The notes below the pieces were generated by a model. The model saw only the letters and a list, made by a program, of their open reading frames with translations. It made no database searches and was not told where the DNA came from. Source: the human T2T-CHM13v2.0 reference genome, Homo sapiens. From it: DNA of 64,000 bases. Position numbers and translations under genes: made by a program. Position 1 is the stretch's first letter. Each line of letters starts with the position of its first letter. The stretch lies in assembly GCF_009914755.1 (NCBI RefSeq), contig NC_060925.1, one strand, 5' to 3'. Below are positions 39,996 to 53,139 of the stretch, piece by piece.

Positions 39996-42900
39996 TGACT
40001 TCATGGAGTACTAAATGCAGTCAAAAGGCAGTTTCTGGGTCCCTCAGAGTTGACCTCCCAAGGGGATCACGAAGAGGTTTCATTCAAACCGGGGCACTTC
40101 TGAGAGGGAAAGGGTGTGCTAGCAATGGTTATACCGGGACAACAGGCGTAACCCGGGGCTGACTCAGGCAGTATGGATGTGTGGTCACCCCATCCGAGCT
40201 TCTCCAGGAAGTGACAGAGCCCCTGAAATTTTGCCCAGTAGTTCGATATGAGCTTGGAGACATCACTTACAGAGTCCTTTGAGTTCTCTGAAGCTTAAGG
40301 CGGCTGAGGGAGGTGGTAAGTGTCCATGTGTGTACCAGGGAGGCCGGTGGGGAGAGTTTAACACCTCTCCCTGGCACTTGTGCCTTGATGTGATGGTGCC
40401 GTCCTGCTCAACAGTTTTGAATCCTCTGGGAAGGCACGGGGAAGATCTGCTGGGGACATGTCTTGAAGCCTCAGAACTGGGTACCCACTTTCAGACAGTG
40501 CACTGGGTCAGCTCTAAGATCTGGTGACTCGGAGCCCTTGTTATGAATTCACAAAGCGTCATGTTTGGCAAAAACCTTGTGGCTCTGGGACCATCTTAGT
40601 CCAGGCACCTCTTCAGACGCTACCCCACATATATAAATGTGGACCACATAATAGTTCCTCTTTGTGTGATGTTTTTAAAATGTGTTCACTTCTATCTTCT
40701 CATGAGTCTGTGAGTTCAATTAGGATTTATCATATTTATTTCACATATAAGGAAACTGATTCACAGAAAATGAACTAACACTAAAGCACTGAAGTCACAA
40801 ATGAAAACTGAACCAGAAATAGAATCCAAAGTTGACCCCTTACTAAGCTAGTGTCCTTCCATCCACCCTTCCTTCTTTTCTCCCTCCCTTTCTCTTTCAC
40901 TCTTAAGCATGTCTTTTCTTTTTATTGTTTGTTCTTATGTGACTATAGATCAAATGGTATGGCTCTAACTGTCCCCAAGAGGACTCCATACTGCACTGCA
41001 GTTACCCCACAAATAATCCCCCAACTTGGTCAAGTAATTGTGGAATTAGTTCTGCTCCTGGAGGGCCTCTCACTGGCCTCCGCGGAGCTCCTATGCATAC
41101 TTGTAGATGTGTAGCAAACGTCAGCTCCTCTGTAAAGCTTCCATAGATCTTCCTGGTAGGATCAGAAATATCTCTTGTAAGAGTGCTCTACAAACTTCCA
41201 ATTCTATCCTTTCTCCCATCTCTCCTTCCCACTCTTATGGGTCATTCTGCTCCGTTTCCACACAGATACGACCTAGTCCTCGAAGCCTTCTCAGATCACT
41301 CCAATCAAAAATGATCTTTTGCCATTCTGCACTTCAGAATAGCGTAATTGTATGTGCATATGTGTGTGTTCATGTGAGTGTGAGTGTGTGTGTTCTCTCC
41401 TACTAAATCAGTGTAATGACAAGAACTCTGCATTGGGTCTGGGGGTTAGAAAATCGTGTTTGGATTCCTACTCCACTACTTGTTAGCAGAAGAAACCCAT
41501 TTAATTTCCCAGAGCCTTAGCGTTCCCATTGATCGGAGGTGGGCAAAAAACACTATCTCCCAGAGTAGTTGTTAGGATGAAGTAGGTTCTCACAAAATTT
41601 GTGTAAATCATGAGTTATTTCTGTCTCCTTGTGGTCAAGGACTTTGTCTTTTGTGCTTTCTACTGCTGGTTTTACCTCTCTCAGACCTCCTTCAAAGCCA
41701 TTTTTATTGTCTCACCCTGACTGTGAGATACTCGAGGGTGGAGCCGTGTCTCATCCACTTGTGTATCTGGGCACTCCATCCCTTGTATTCCACAGCAGTT
41801 TGTGCATAACCCTATCACCTCTCCTAGGGTTGTGGATAATCATTAACTTGTCTGTCTCCCTGAGAGGGCTTTGCAAGCTGCACAATTTGCATTTCAATAT
41901 TTCCAGGGCCAGTTGCCGTGTCTGGCATGTAGTAGGTACTCAAAAAATTTAAGGAGAATGAATGAAAGAAAGAATGAATGAGAGTGGCAAGAGAAGCTCA
42001 CCATCTGCCTTCTTTCCATCACAGTGTGTGGTTTCTTTTGGCCTTTGTGCATATGGCTACACACTGCTTTTCTAATCTGTTTTAAGGCAACACATTCTTC
42101 TCCTCCATACTGTGCTTTTATTCAGCTGGAAATAGACAGCTCTTTGGTGAGATACCAAGAAGGAAATCACCAAATTCTTTTCTCTTTGGTTTCTTTGAAG
42201 AATGTTTCTGTTTGCTCCAGTTCTCCAGCTGACCATGCAAAGGAGGCAATGGCATATCTGGGGTTTTGACCATTACCAGATCTGTTGGCTAATGGTCTTG
42301 CAGATAAATGTCCGGTCAACTCTTAGCGGACTGAATATTCAGTTGGCAGCAAATCTAAACCTTTTACTTTTGCTCCTTTTCATGTTTCACTTCTTTGTTC
42401 TTCTCGGTACATAATATCTCTTATCAGATACATTAAAGGAGAAGAAAGAAAACTGAAATTCATTCCCTTATATCCAAATTAGTAACACTTGCTAGAATTT
42501 CAAGAGGAAAATGAAATTAACTAAATAAAAGGGTTTCGATGGACATAAGGGACATACCTCTCCCTATTCCCCATTACCAGAGGTTCCCACTTCATTCTTG
42601 GTCTCTCCTTTGGTGGGCTCCTCCTCTTCTAAGGAGCCCATCGAAATTTCTGTGCAATTGACTCCCATACCTGGATCTCTAATCAACTAGTCTTTTGAAG
42701 CTAGTTCTGCCCTCCTGCTTCCTGAGGGCAATTCTCCATAGATACTGGCATTTTAAATGCAAGACATCCAAAACAAAAATCTTCATACTCATAATCATAA
42801 TTAGGATCATCTTCTCCCCATCTTCCTTCTCTGCATACAATAGCAACAGCCCCATTTTGGACCATTTGATGATAGTTTCACAGCTACCATCTCTCTTGAT

Positions 42901-43370
42901 CCTCTCTCCTCATCTCCCTAAACACGCTTCTTCACAGTTTCCTTTTTCTGTTACTGGAACCATCATTCATTCATCCACTAGCTCCATACCTCTGCTTATC
43001 CCTCTGCTTTTTCCTCCCTGACCTCCATCCAGCCCTTTTGGTTCTGGTTTGGTAGCATTATCTTGAAACTGTATTTTATCTTCCATTCTCATCTCTGGGC
43101 CCCTAGTTCAGGTCATGGGAACAGTCTCCCACCTGATATCCTGGACCCTCATCTCTCTTCTTCCAATTCCTCCTATCCCTGGCCACCCCATTTAGCTTCT
43201 TAAAGCCTGCTCTGATCATATCACCCTGCTCAAAGGAGCTGGTGCCAAGTCCCTTGTCTGTAAGCCAGTAGGGACTGCTCTGCCTGGCAATGGGATCCTG
43301 CCTCCTTCTACTCCCCTCACATAGTTTGCATTCCGAGTGCACAAAACTCCTGGGGGCAGTTCCTGCTTGA

Positions 43371-43855
<485 letters not shown>

Positions 43856-45491
43856 CCTTCTCTATCTCTTAAAGCCTTCCCTTTATATTCTCTTAGGGCT
43901 GTTGTATTCTTTTATCCTCCCTTCTAGAGGACAAACTCCCTGTAGGCAGCAAAGTGTCCTACTCATCTTTGTTGCCCCCAGGTGACCTAGAACTCCTAGG
44001 TAACTCCTCCTCTAAGAAACTGTGAGTATGTAGACAAGTCTCCTGCCTCCAGTGTTCCTTAATTCTCCATCTGCATGATGATGTTAAAGGTATCTTCCAA
44101 CCATTATATTCTTTCATTTCAGGCAATTATGAAGTTTTCTACCCTGCCTTGCATCTGCTGGTTTGACTGAACTGACTTCACAAAGTTCCTACACTCTAAC
44201 ACTACTTTTCCACTCACAGTCAAGATACCAAATGGTATCACATTTAATCACAATGGAGATTTGTATCACAGGCAGAATGTTTCATTAAGACTTGAAAATG
44301 TCTCAAATATATCTCTCATTTAGATTTTAGGTTTAAAGTTTTTTTAAAAAAATATTTAATTTACTCATGAGAGTGTGTTCCTATAAACTTCTAAGTTTTA
44401 AAAAAAACTCTCTTAAAAGTGATCAGTAGATAAAAGAAAAATTGAGTGCATTTTCTATTCTAGTGATATAATGCACCATTTAGAAAAGAACATTCTTTTT
44501 ATTTTTGGTTGATGTGAACCAGGGGAGAAGTTTTATTTATTTATTTTTTAAAAACACCCTTTGAAGCCTTTCTCCTGAACAGATGACAGCTTTCTGTCTG
44601 GCTTTATTAAGCAGAGCTCTGCAAGCTGAATGATCAGCTGAGGAGGATGCAGTTAGGGGCTCACATGAACGAACATGTTCTATTTAATATGAGAATGCTC
44701 TTTAATTGTCCTACTCCTACCTAGAATGGAAGATCCATGACTAAGAGTGGGGCAGCCCATTGGGATGCCTTTACAACCAGCCACTGATGGGCTGCCCTGC
44801 CCTCTTGCCCTCTTCTGAACCAGCGATACATTCTGTGGATTTCCAATGGTTCACACACTCCAATAATAGGATAAATTTCTCGCACGAGGTGAATGATCTT
44901 CAAAGATTCTGGCCTCACCTGAATAGGTGATGGAGCTGCTGAACAGAGCTAAGCAACTGGCCCAAATATTTGTGGTTAGGAGGGCTGATGGCACTGGGAG
45001 GCTTGGCAACCATGCCTGGGGAGATGTGTTGTAGAAGGGAGTGAGAGAATTCCTGTCTTAGAGAGAGCCATGCCAAGAGCCACGAGTGATTCTTGGGCTA
45101 GAGATGGGATACGTGAACCAGGGTCACTAACAGTTGGTGAGAGAGGAAATTCTTGTGGCCAAGGAAATCCAGCCTCCTCCTCCTCCATCTCATTCGCCAC
45201 ATTCTGAGAGTTGGCCAAGGGTCATTTCTTGTTTTACGCTTGGCCTTCACTCTAAATGTTAACTGGCTGCTGTCTTCAGTTGTAAAGGCTCGAATACTCT
45301 TGGGGGTTGGAGCTGGTGTGGAGTGTGGGAGGAATTCTGTGGCTCCTCATTTCTCCAGCAAGGTACTTCAGAGGTGTCCTGGGGTGGGCTGAACAGAGAG
45401 AGGCATCGACAGAGTAAAATCCAGAGCTTCTGTTAGGACAGGATTTATTGGGAGGAGGCATGGCCTAGAAGGTACATCAGAGATTCAAGTC

Positions 45492-45679
45492 CAGAGGCTC
45501 TCAAACTTCAGGGCATCAGAATCACCTGGAGAGTTTGTTACACTATAGACTGCTGGGCCCCATCTCCAGAATGCTCGATTCTGTAGGTCTGGTAGGAGGA
45601 CACTAAGAATCTACATTTCTAGTAAGTTTCCAGATGATGCTGATGCTGTTGGTCTGGGGACCATATTTTGAGAGCCACG
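45492..45679. mobile_element. MER5A hAT-Charlie MITE
   Basis: tctcaaactt...catcagaatcacctggagag...gatgatgctgatgctgttggtctggggaccatattttgaga. Confidence 0.8.
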
Positions 45680-46790
45680 AGTCTAGCCTAATTCTTTAAC
45701 TTTGTAGAAGACAAAAATGAGCCTTGGAGAGGCTAAGTGACTTGGGCTTTTGCAGCCAGTGAGTGGCAGGGCCAGTCCGTGAACACCTGACTTGAGCTCA
45801 GCTTTGCTATCTTTTAGAGGAGAGAGGCCTGAAGCCGTATGCACACTGTAACTGATAGGTGGTGGGGTGAGTATACTCATCCCCCAACATCGAAATGAAA
45901 ATTCCATTCAACAGATTGTAAGTTTTACCTTCCTGATGCCATAAATCCAGATATTAGGGAATATTTAGATATTGAATTGTTTTCATATCTGCTTTGTTAG
46001 GTTTCTGGGCACCGTGTAGACTTGATCTAAAAGCACTTGAAAGGCCCATGATAGAAATATGCAACCAGAAAACACTAGCAGGTACCAGCGCCTGTGGGGT
46101 CACTGGGCTCTCGGAGGGCAGCTGTGCTGGATACATTAATGGGAACCAAATCTACTGATCTGAATTCTAAAAGACATACCTTGACATGAATGAGCTGAGA
46201 TAATAGTAATTATTATTTATTGGGTATAATTTTCTAATTAACCATTACACAAACCTGGGAGGTTGGCCATATTATTCCTATTTTAACAATGAGAAACCAG
46301 AGATGTAGTAAGATTAAGTAATTGCATCACAGGTACACAGCAAACAGAAGTGGAACTCGGAGCCACACCTCCTGTGTGCAGATCTGGAACTCTTCCCTAC
46401 CCCTCTACTCCACTGGTGAAGGGCACAAAGAGTGGCTGTGAACCTTCCATTTTGCAAGTTCCCTGCTCAGTCGGACCAGAGAGTTGTGTGGAGGGTCTGA
46501 CTGACGCTGTCTATTCGAGGTCCTGTGTTCGGCAACTTTAGACCCTTGATGCAGCTCAGACTCCTGATATGTCCCTGGGGCCCATGGGGCCAACCTGCAT
46601 GCACAAAAGATTTCCTTTCCTGAGTGGGCTAGGGGAGCTGCATTTGCTGCACCACTGAAAGCTTCTCTAGGCCCCTGCTGCTCAGCAGTTGGTTCTGACT
46701 TGCCCTCTCAGGTCCTGTCACTTGGGACTCCTGCTTCTGGCAGCTGCAGAGGGAGGACCTTGGCAAGGCCAAGGTCCCTTAGGCACTTAC

Positions 46791-46914
46791 CTCAGTGTGG
46801 CCAGGATAGAAAGCTGCTCCCTTGGTAAAACTGTTATTGGGTCCGGACGCTGAGCTGAGCTTGGGTCCAGCATGCCATCCAGCCCCTTGGACTGCACGAC
46901 CACTGGCCAAAACT
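46791..46914 (-). other. NGF: NGF penultimate exon (124 nt; 5' UTR exon 2 of the canonical transcript)
   Basis: Acceptor CTCTCCCCCTCCACAG|AGTTTTGGCC and donor CACTGAG|GTAAGT; matches the recalled NGF mRNA leader that joins GTGCATAGCGTAATG. Confidence 0.93.
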
Positions 46915-47601
46915 CTGTGGAGGGGGAGAGCTGGCATTAGACTGTACCTCACCACATTCCCTGTGCCCTACACAGTGGGGAGGCATGTGCCAATAGGACA
47001 AATTCCATTTCCTTGAGTTCTGGGATTTTACCAGCATCAAGGCCCAGGAAGGAGCTAGAATTTGGCTACCAAAATTTACCGGAGCTTGGCCTCTCATGGT
47101 CCTGTGGTGGCACCTGCCTCTCACTCTTGCGCCATACCTTTTGGTTTCAGCCTGGACACAGTCCATGGCTGATCTTGCACCTAGTGCAGGTGTTTCTAGA
47201 CACATGCCAAAGTCTTGCCCCAGCAGATCCCTAATCTGGCATCAAAATAGAAATTGTTCAGTACATTACACATGCAGACATAACAGATCCAACTCTGAAC
47301 CAGCCTAAAATACCTTATACAGACGCAAAATCCCTGACAATTCAGAGCAAGTTGGTGCTTTGATAAAAATGCAGATGAGTAATGGTGACAAATAAGACAG
47401 ACTGACCATTTGAGAGAGAATGTGGAGCTCTCACAGAATCAGACAGGAATCTCAGAGTACCACACTGAAAGGCAGATTTTAGGATTGGAAGCTATGGAGC
47501 TGATACAATTTTAAAAAATCAATTTTAGGCTGTAGTTTCTAGAAACAATGGAAGTTTTCTATTCTCCTCTCACTTCTATAATGTAATCTATGTAGGCACT
47601 T

Positions 47602-48060
47602 CATTCATTCACAATATTTTCTGGGCACCGACTATGTGCCAGGCACTGTTTTTGGTGCTGAGCAGCAGTAAACAAGACAAACAAGGCCTCTGCTCTCATG
47701 GAGCTTACAGTGTTGTGTAAATAAGCAAGATATCTCCAGATTCTTTATATGCCATGAAGGCAATTACAGGGTCTGATGATAGAGAGCAACTGCAGGATGT
47801 ATCGAGGGGCCACTGTAGACAGGACGCTCAGCGAGGAGCTCTGAGGAGATGGCCTTCAAGTTGAGATCTGGAGGATGAGAAGGAATGAGGGAGAGAACAT
47901 TCTAGGCAGCAAGAACAAGTGCAAAGGCCCTGAGCTAGAAACAAGACAAAGGTTCTGAGCATGAAGTAACGAGACCTAGAAAATGAGCTGGAGAGCCAGG
48001 AAGAGCCAGGTCTACAGAGACACAGCAAGGAGCTATGGTTTTATCCTCAGGATATTAGGA
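47602..48060 (-). mobile_element. L2 3' end
   Basis: ttcattcattc..tgggcaccgactatgtgccaggcactg...ctctcatggagcttacag...gaacattctaggcag..gtgcaaaggccctgag. Confidence 0.8.
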
Positions 48061-50240
48061 AGGCAGTGGAGGGCTTTGAACAAGAGGGTGATATTTACGG
48101 ATAAATGAATGAATGATTATGTCCATCACAGAATTTGTTGTAGGGTGGAGATGCCCTCCCAATAAAGTTCTAGAATGACATCTTAACTTTCCTGTCCGTA
48201 TTCTCTCTTCAACTTCAAAAAAATCTTCTCCCTGTGATATCTTTTTCCAGCGTGGATCCCCACCACATATCTTCATCCAACTCCCTCTCAGCTTGTGCTA
48301 TGAAAGCAAATGTCAGAAAAGCCACCATCGCTCCCCAAATTCCAACCACGAAGAGGAGTTGGAGAATGGGGAGGTAGCAAGGACCTCTAAAGTGATCTTC
48401 AAGTTACTAGAAATCATGAAATTAAGCCCTGGGATGTCTCCATTCTTCTTCCTTTCCCATCTTGCTCAAAATAGTCTTCTTGCTCCAGAAAGTACCAGAA
48501 AAACCTTTCAATACTCAATTGGGGTTGAAGGCTAGTGATGAAAATGCATACTCAGACACTCTTTAAAAGGTTACATTCTGTGACAAAGAACATTTTCATG
48601 CTCTCCCAGGGTTGGAGTTAGCATGGGAGAGGGAGAATGGCGTGTCCCCAGGGTAAGAGGTGGGCATTATCTGGTCCCATTACTCATGGGAAGATGGTTT
48701 CGTCTAGTCCATAAACCCTTCATCTGGGTGTTTGGCTAAACCTGAAAGGTTGCAGGCTGGAACCCACACACCTGCATTCTGATTCAGTTCACTCTGAGCT
48801 TTCTCCTGTATAGAAGGAGATTCATTTCATCTTTGAGCTTTCTCCTCTATAGGATAAGAAGCTGGCACAGATGACAGCTAAGGTCCCCTTTGGCTCTGAT
48901 CATCTGAGATTCCGTGACTTTGAATGTTTTCCAGGCTGCATTGCTACTAGATGCTTAAGTAGTGCTTTCTCTCATCCCAAAATTGGGATTCATTTATTTC
49001 ATTAATTAAACACTTAAACTTGCAGGTCCTGTGCTGGCCACTGTTTTAAGTGTTAGGTGCTAGGGACACAAAGGAGAATAAGACATAATACTTAACTTCC
49101 TAAAGCAAGTAATCTAGAGATAGGAAAAGGCATGCATATAAATAAACATTTAAAGTACAGTGTGATAAGTATGATGTATATGTGACATGATATGAAAACA
49201 CAGTGGAAGGAGAAATTGGTTTTATCTGGCCAGACTAGTTAGAGACATGTTCATAGAGGAGGTAACATCTGAGCAGGGTTCTTAAGGATGAATAGGAGCT
49301 CATTAGGGAAGAAGGGAAGGAAAGGCCCCAGAGTTCAAGAACTGGGTGGAGGTCCACCATGCATTGCAAGAGGAGTAGGGGAGGGGAGAGGAGTATAGAA
49401 TGGGCCTTACACATCAGGAGGTGCTAATAGACTTGCAGTACCCACTTCTGGGGCCTGCCCACTGAACGTCTTCCTATAGGACACAAAAAGCCTCCGCTTT
49501 TAATCAGTGGAGCAACCAGAGAAGTAATAGTGACTTTCTCAGGAAATATTCTGGATATTCCACTACAAGCTAGGATGGCCTCCAATTTGGATGACTAGAA
49601 GAAGAGGGAAGTTTGGTTTAAATAAAAAATTCCACAATTCCTAGGAAGATCTGCATTCTTCGGGTGTCTACTATAAGCCAACCACAATAGATTCCCTGGC
49701 TCTGTATCTGCAATTTCTGGACCAAGTCACCTTGGTGCATGCCAGGGCCAGGGTCTCCTGCCAATCTCATCTGGATGTCTGATTGCTATATTTGAAACTC
49801 TGTCCAGCATTTCCTATGCCTTTGGCCTTGTCTTATTCTGTGTTGATATAAGCAGTTTACTACTGCAGAGAGAAATTCTCTGTCCACAATAATGAAACTC
49901 TAAATGATTTTTATAGATATTGTTGTCATTGTTTTTAGTCTCATGCTGATGAAGGTTGAGGCTCTAAAATTAAATCCAATTTAAATATTACAAATTTCTA
50001 ATGCAAAGGCATTGGGACAAACAACCCAAATGCATATCTATTTTTAAAACCCTGTCTGTTTTCATAGGGTAATCACTTAAACAGAAATCAGCTCTCACAC
50101 TTTTGATAAATGCATGGAAATAAATCCCAGCTCATTTAAGGATCATGTTCTATTCTTTCTTACAGGGCACAAAGGAATCCTAATAAAGTCTGATGTACTT
50201 CTTCTAGAGCTTGCCCTGTCCTGGGTTTCATGCTTTAAAG

Positions 50241-50427
50241 CAGTGGTTCTCAAAGTGTGATTCCATAGTAGTATTGTAGTAATATCTTAGAACATGTTAG
50301 AAATGCAAATTCTTGGGTTTTACCACAAACCTACTGAATCAGAAACTGGGAATGAAACACAACAATCTGCGGTTTAACCAGCTCTGCAGGTGATTCTGAT
50401 AGTCACATAAGTTTAAGAACCATTGCT
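50241..50427. mobile_element. MER5A MITE
   Basis: Terminal inverted repeats cagtggttctcaaagt ... aagtttaagaaccattg; internal gttagaaatgcaaattcttggg..cctactgaatcagaaact. Confidence 0.85.
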
Positions 50428-50940
50428 TTAGGGCTTCCACCTTGTTCCTCCTCATGGGGTGAAGTATCCAGTGCAAAGACAAAGCGCCAACCCAGAGCCA
50501 GTCCACTGCTGTAGACCACCTGCTTGAATGTAACTTTCCATATAACAGCCAAAGTTATGTTGTGGGCTTCTTCCCTCTTCTGGACCATACTCCTAGGACT
50601 TATCATCTCAGAACCCATGTCCAACCAACCCCGAGCCTGGTAGAGCTAGAGGAGAGAGGGTTCTTTTTAAGACCCCTGAGGTTAATCAATAATATTTTGA
50701 TCAATTTCAGCCATGAAACTTGATTAATGGCGAACTGTTCAAAATTCAATCAATGCATAGTTTAAGGAAACTGTGCCTCTGCTGATCGTTTTTCAAGGAC
50801 TAATGGGCCTTAGCCACAGCTATTGAAACCTGATAACTCTGTCAATCACCATCCCCCTAATCCCTCCACACTCAGAATTTGTGGGACATTCTGTCTACCT
50901 CACTGGCTCCCCCTTTCTACTGTCCCTGAATCCTCTGTAG

Positions 50941-51117
50941 CAGTGGTTCTCAACTTTGGTTGTAGCTTGGAATCTTCTGGGAAGCTTTCCACACTCCTGC
51001 TGCCTGTGTCTCACCTTCAGAGATTCTGATTTCATTGACCTGGAGTGCTGCCTGGGCATCAGGAATTTGTAAAGCTCCCTAGGTGATCCCAATATAAAGC
51101 CAGGGCTGGGAGCCCTA
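50941..51117. mobile_element. MER5B-like MITE
   Basis: cagtggttctcaactttgg...cagagattctgattt...ctgggcatcaggaattt.taaagctccctaggtgat. Confidence 0.75.
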
Positions 51118-51434
51118 GGTGCACAGGGTGAATGGGAAGCTTGGAATTGTTTTTGATAAGCTAGTAATTAAGAGAGATTATCAATAAATTAATACATCTC
51201 AGAAAACATAAAGTTCAGGTGTGGTCACATTATAAGCCACAAGAAGGTCTGAAAATATAGTTGACAAACCCTCTGGGGAATGTTGTCCCTGTCTCTCCTG
51301 CCTGACCCACGCCCAGTTGTCTAGATATAATTGACATTTGTGAATTGGAAGGTTTTTGTTTGTTTTACTCCTTGCATGCCACTTAAAATGTTCTCTGGCA
51401 ATGCCCATTATTGACCATTATTAAGGCCATTACC

Positions 51435-52280
51435 AAGCACATCAAATCATCTCAAAATGGCCAAAGTTGATTTTTTCCCCCCAAAAGAACTCTTAGTCAG
51501 CAAACCTCATGGTTGCATTCCATACTAGAAAAGATTTCAAATTCCTTTTCCCATTGTGGACAGACTCCGAGTAAGGACTAACAGAGAGAGGGGATTCAGG
51601 GGAATAGTTACAGCCAGGAAGATCATAGCAATCACACCAACAATCATTCTTATACCCTCAACAACATGTCCTTAATCCAAGGCATTCCTAGTGAGTTTCC
51701 CTACTCACAGAGCTCTCCTGGGCAGAAACTAGGAGAAAGGGGGCTGCGGCTGCCCTGGTATCTTTGATGTAGTGCAAGCTGCTCTTGGGACTAGCCATTG
51801 CTTTGGAGCACATGGGAGGACTGGTCCCAGAGGTCTTTTTGGCCAAGTGTCCCTAAATCTTTGGTGTTAAAAATTTCAGCACATGGTCCTTGGACTTAAT
51901 GATAGGCCAACCCACTATTTGGTAATAGCCAAATCGATCACTACATTGAAGATGCCAGGGCAGCCACAGCCCCCTTTCTCCTAGTTTCCACCCAGGAGAG
52001 CTCTGTGAGTAGGGAAACTCACTAGGAATGTCTTAGATTAAGGATGTGTTGTTGAGGAAATAAGAATAGTTGTTGGTGTGACTACTGTGATCTTCCTGGC
52101 TGTAGCCATTCCCCTCAATTCTCCCATCTCTCTGTTAGTCCTTACCCTGAGTCTGTGCACAACAGGAAAAGGAATTTGAAATCTTTTCTAGTATGAAATA
52201 TAATATGAGGTTTGCTGAGAAGGAGCTCTTTTTTGAGGGAAAAATCAACTTTGGCCATTTCAAGATGATTTGATGTGTTT
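51435..52280. repeat. Long inverted repeat: arms 51435-51774 and 51939-52280, 164-nt spacer
   Basis: Manual alignment of the left arm to the reverse complement of the right arm is colinear throughout, including a perfect 40-bp block (51683-51722 vs 51991-52030). Confidence 0.95.
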
Positions 52281-53066
52281 AACTATCTAGTGGTTTTGGC
52301 ACATCCAATAGGAAAATAATACATCTGGTACCAAGGACTTAGGAAGACGTTAAGGTTCAGTGAAATTGCTATTCTTTTTGATGAAAAGTTTCAATGCTGA
52401 CAATTCTAAAGTGCCCTGGCAATTTTCTTAAAAAAGAAATGGTCCTATGGCTCTTTGGGAAATTTGTGGGTAAATTTCCCACAAAACCCTTTCTAGCACT
52501 TCCCCAGAGAGTCAGACAGCTGTAGGTAGGAAGAAGTTGTTGTGGTTGGCTGACCTCAGCTTGAGAATCAAAGGGCACTTGCTATGAATGAGAGTGGCCT
52601 TCTATTGTGTGTGGCGAAACACAATCTGCATGTTCACCTGACTGGAGGAATTCATGAGCTGTATGACGGCCCACACCCCAGGGAGGTTTTCAAAGTGTGG
52701 GTAATTACAACAACATTAATGTGGTGGAAGATAAGACATCTAAACACACAGCAGCCTTCTGTTACAGAGTTGAGGGCAGAATATTTTTGCAAGAATGTAG
52801 GGCTAAATAATAGTCCTTGTAGTATAGCCCCTCAGCTTAGTAATACTAGTAATACATCTATAATCTACATTTGAGTGCCAAAAACAATCCAATAATTTTT
52901 CAAACTTTTCTGAGACCCTAAGAAAACATCTCCTTGGTTCCAACTGGCTAATCCTTAAACCACACACACAAAAATCTATTTCAGTGATGCTTTTGGCCTT
53001 TCGCTGATCCGTTGTTCCCATACTTAGGACTAATAGCAGACAGCGGTACTGGGAACAATGACTCTC

Positions 53067-53139
53067 AGGTTCTCATATAATCATAACAGCACCTATGGAG
53101 TCAAGGTTCGCATGTAATCATAACAGCACCTATGGAGTC
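53067..53139. repeat. Tandem duplication, 37-nt period, 2 copies
   Basis: aggttctcatataatcataacagcacctatggagtc and aggttcgcatgtaatcataacagcacctatggagtc. Confidence 0.9.

Noticed and set aside
48794-48855. Short direct repeat tgagctttctcct(g/c)tatag, two copies
   Set aside because: About 19 nt, two copies, with no associated structure; likely an incidental local duplication.
53067-53139. 37-nt repeat resembling a CRISPR repeat in length
   Set aside because: Two adjacent copies with no spacer, in mammalian DNA with no cas genes.
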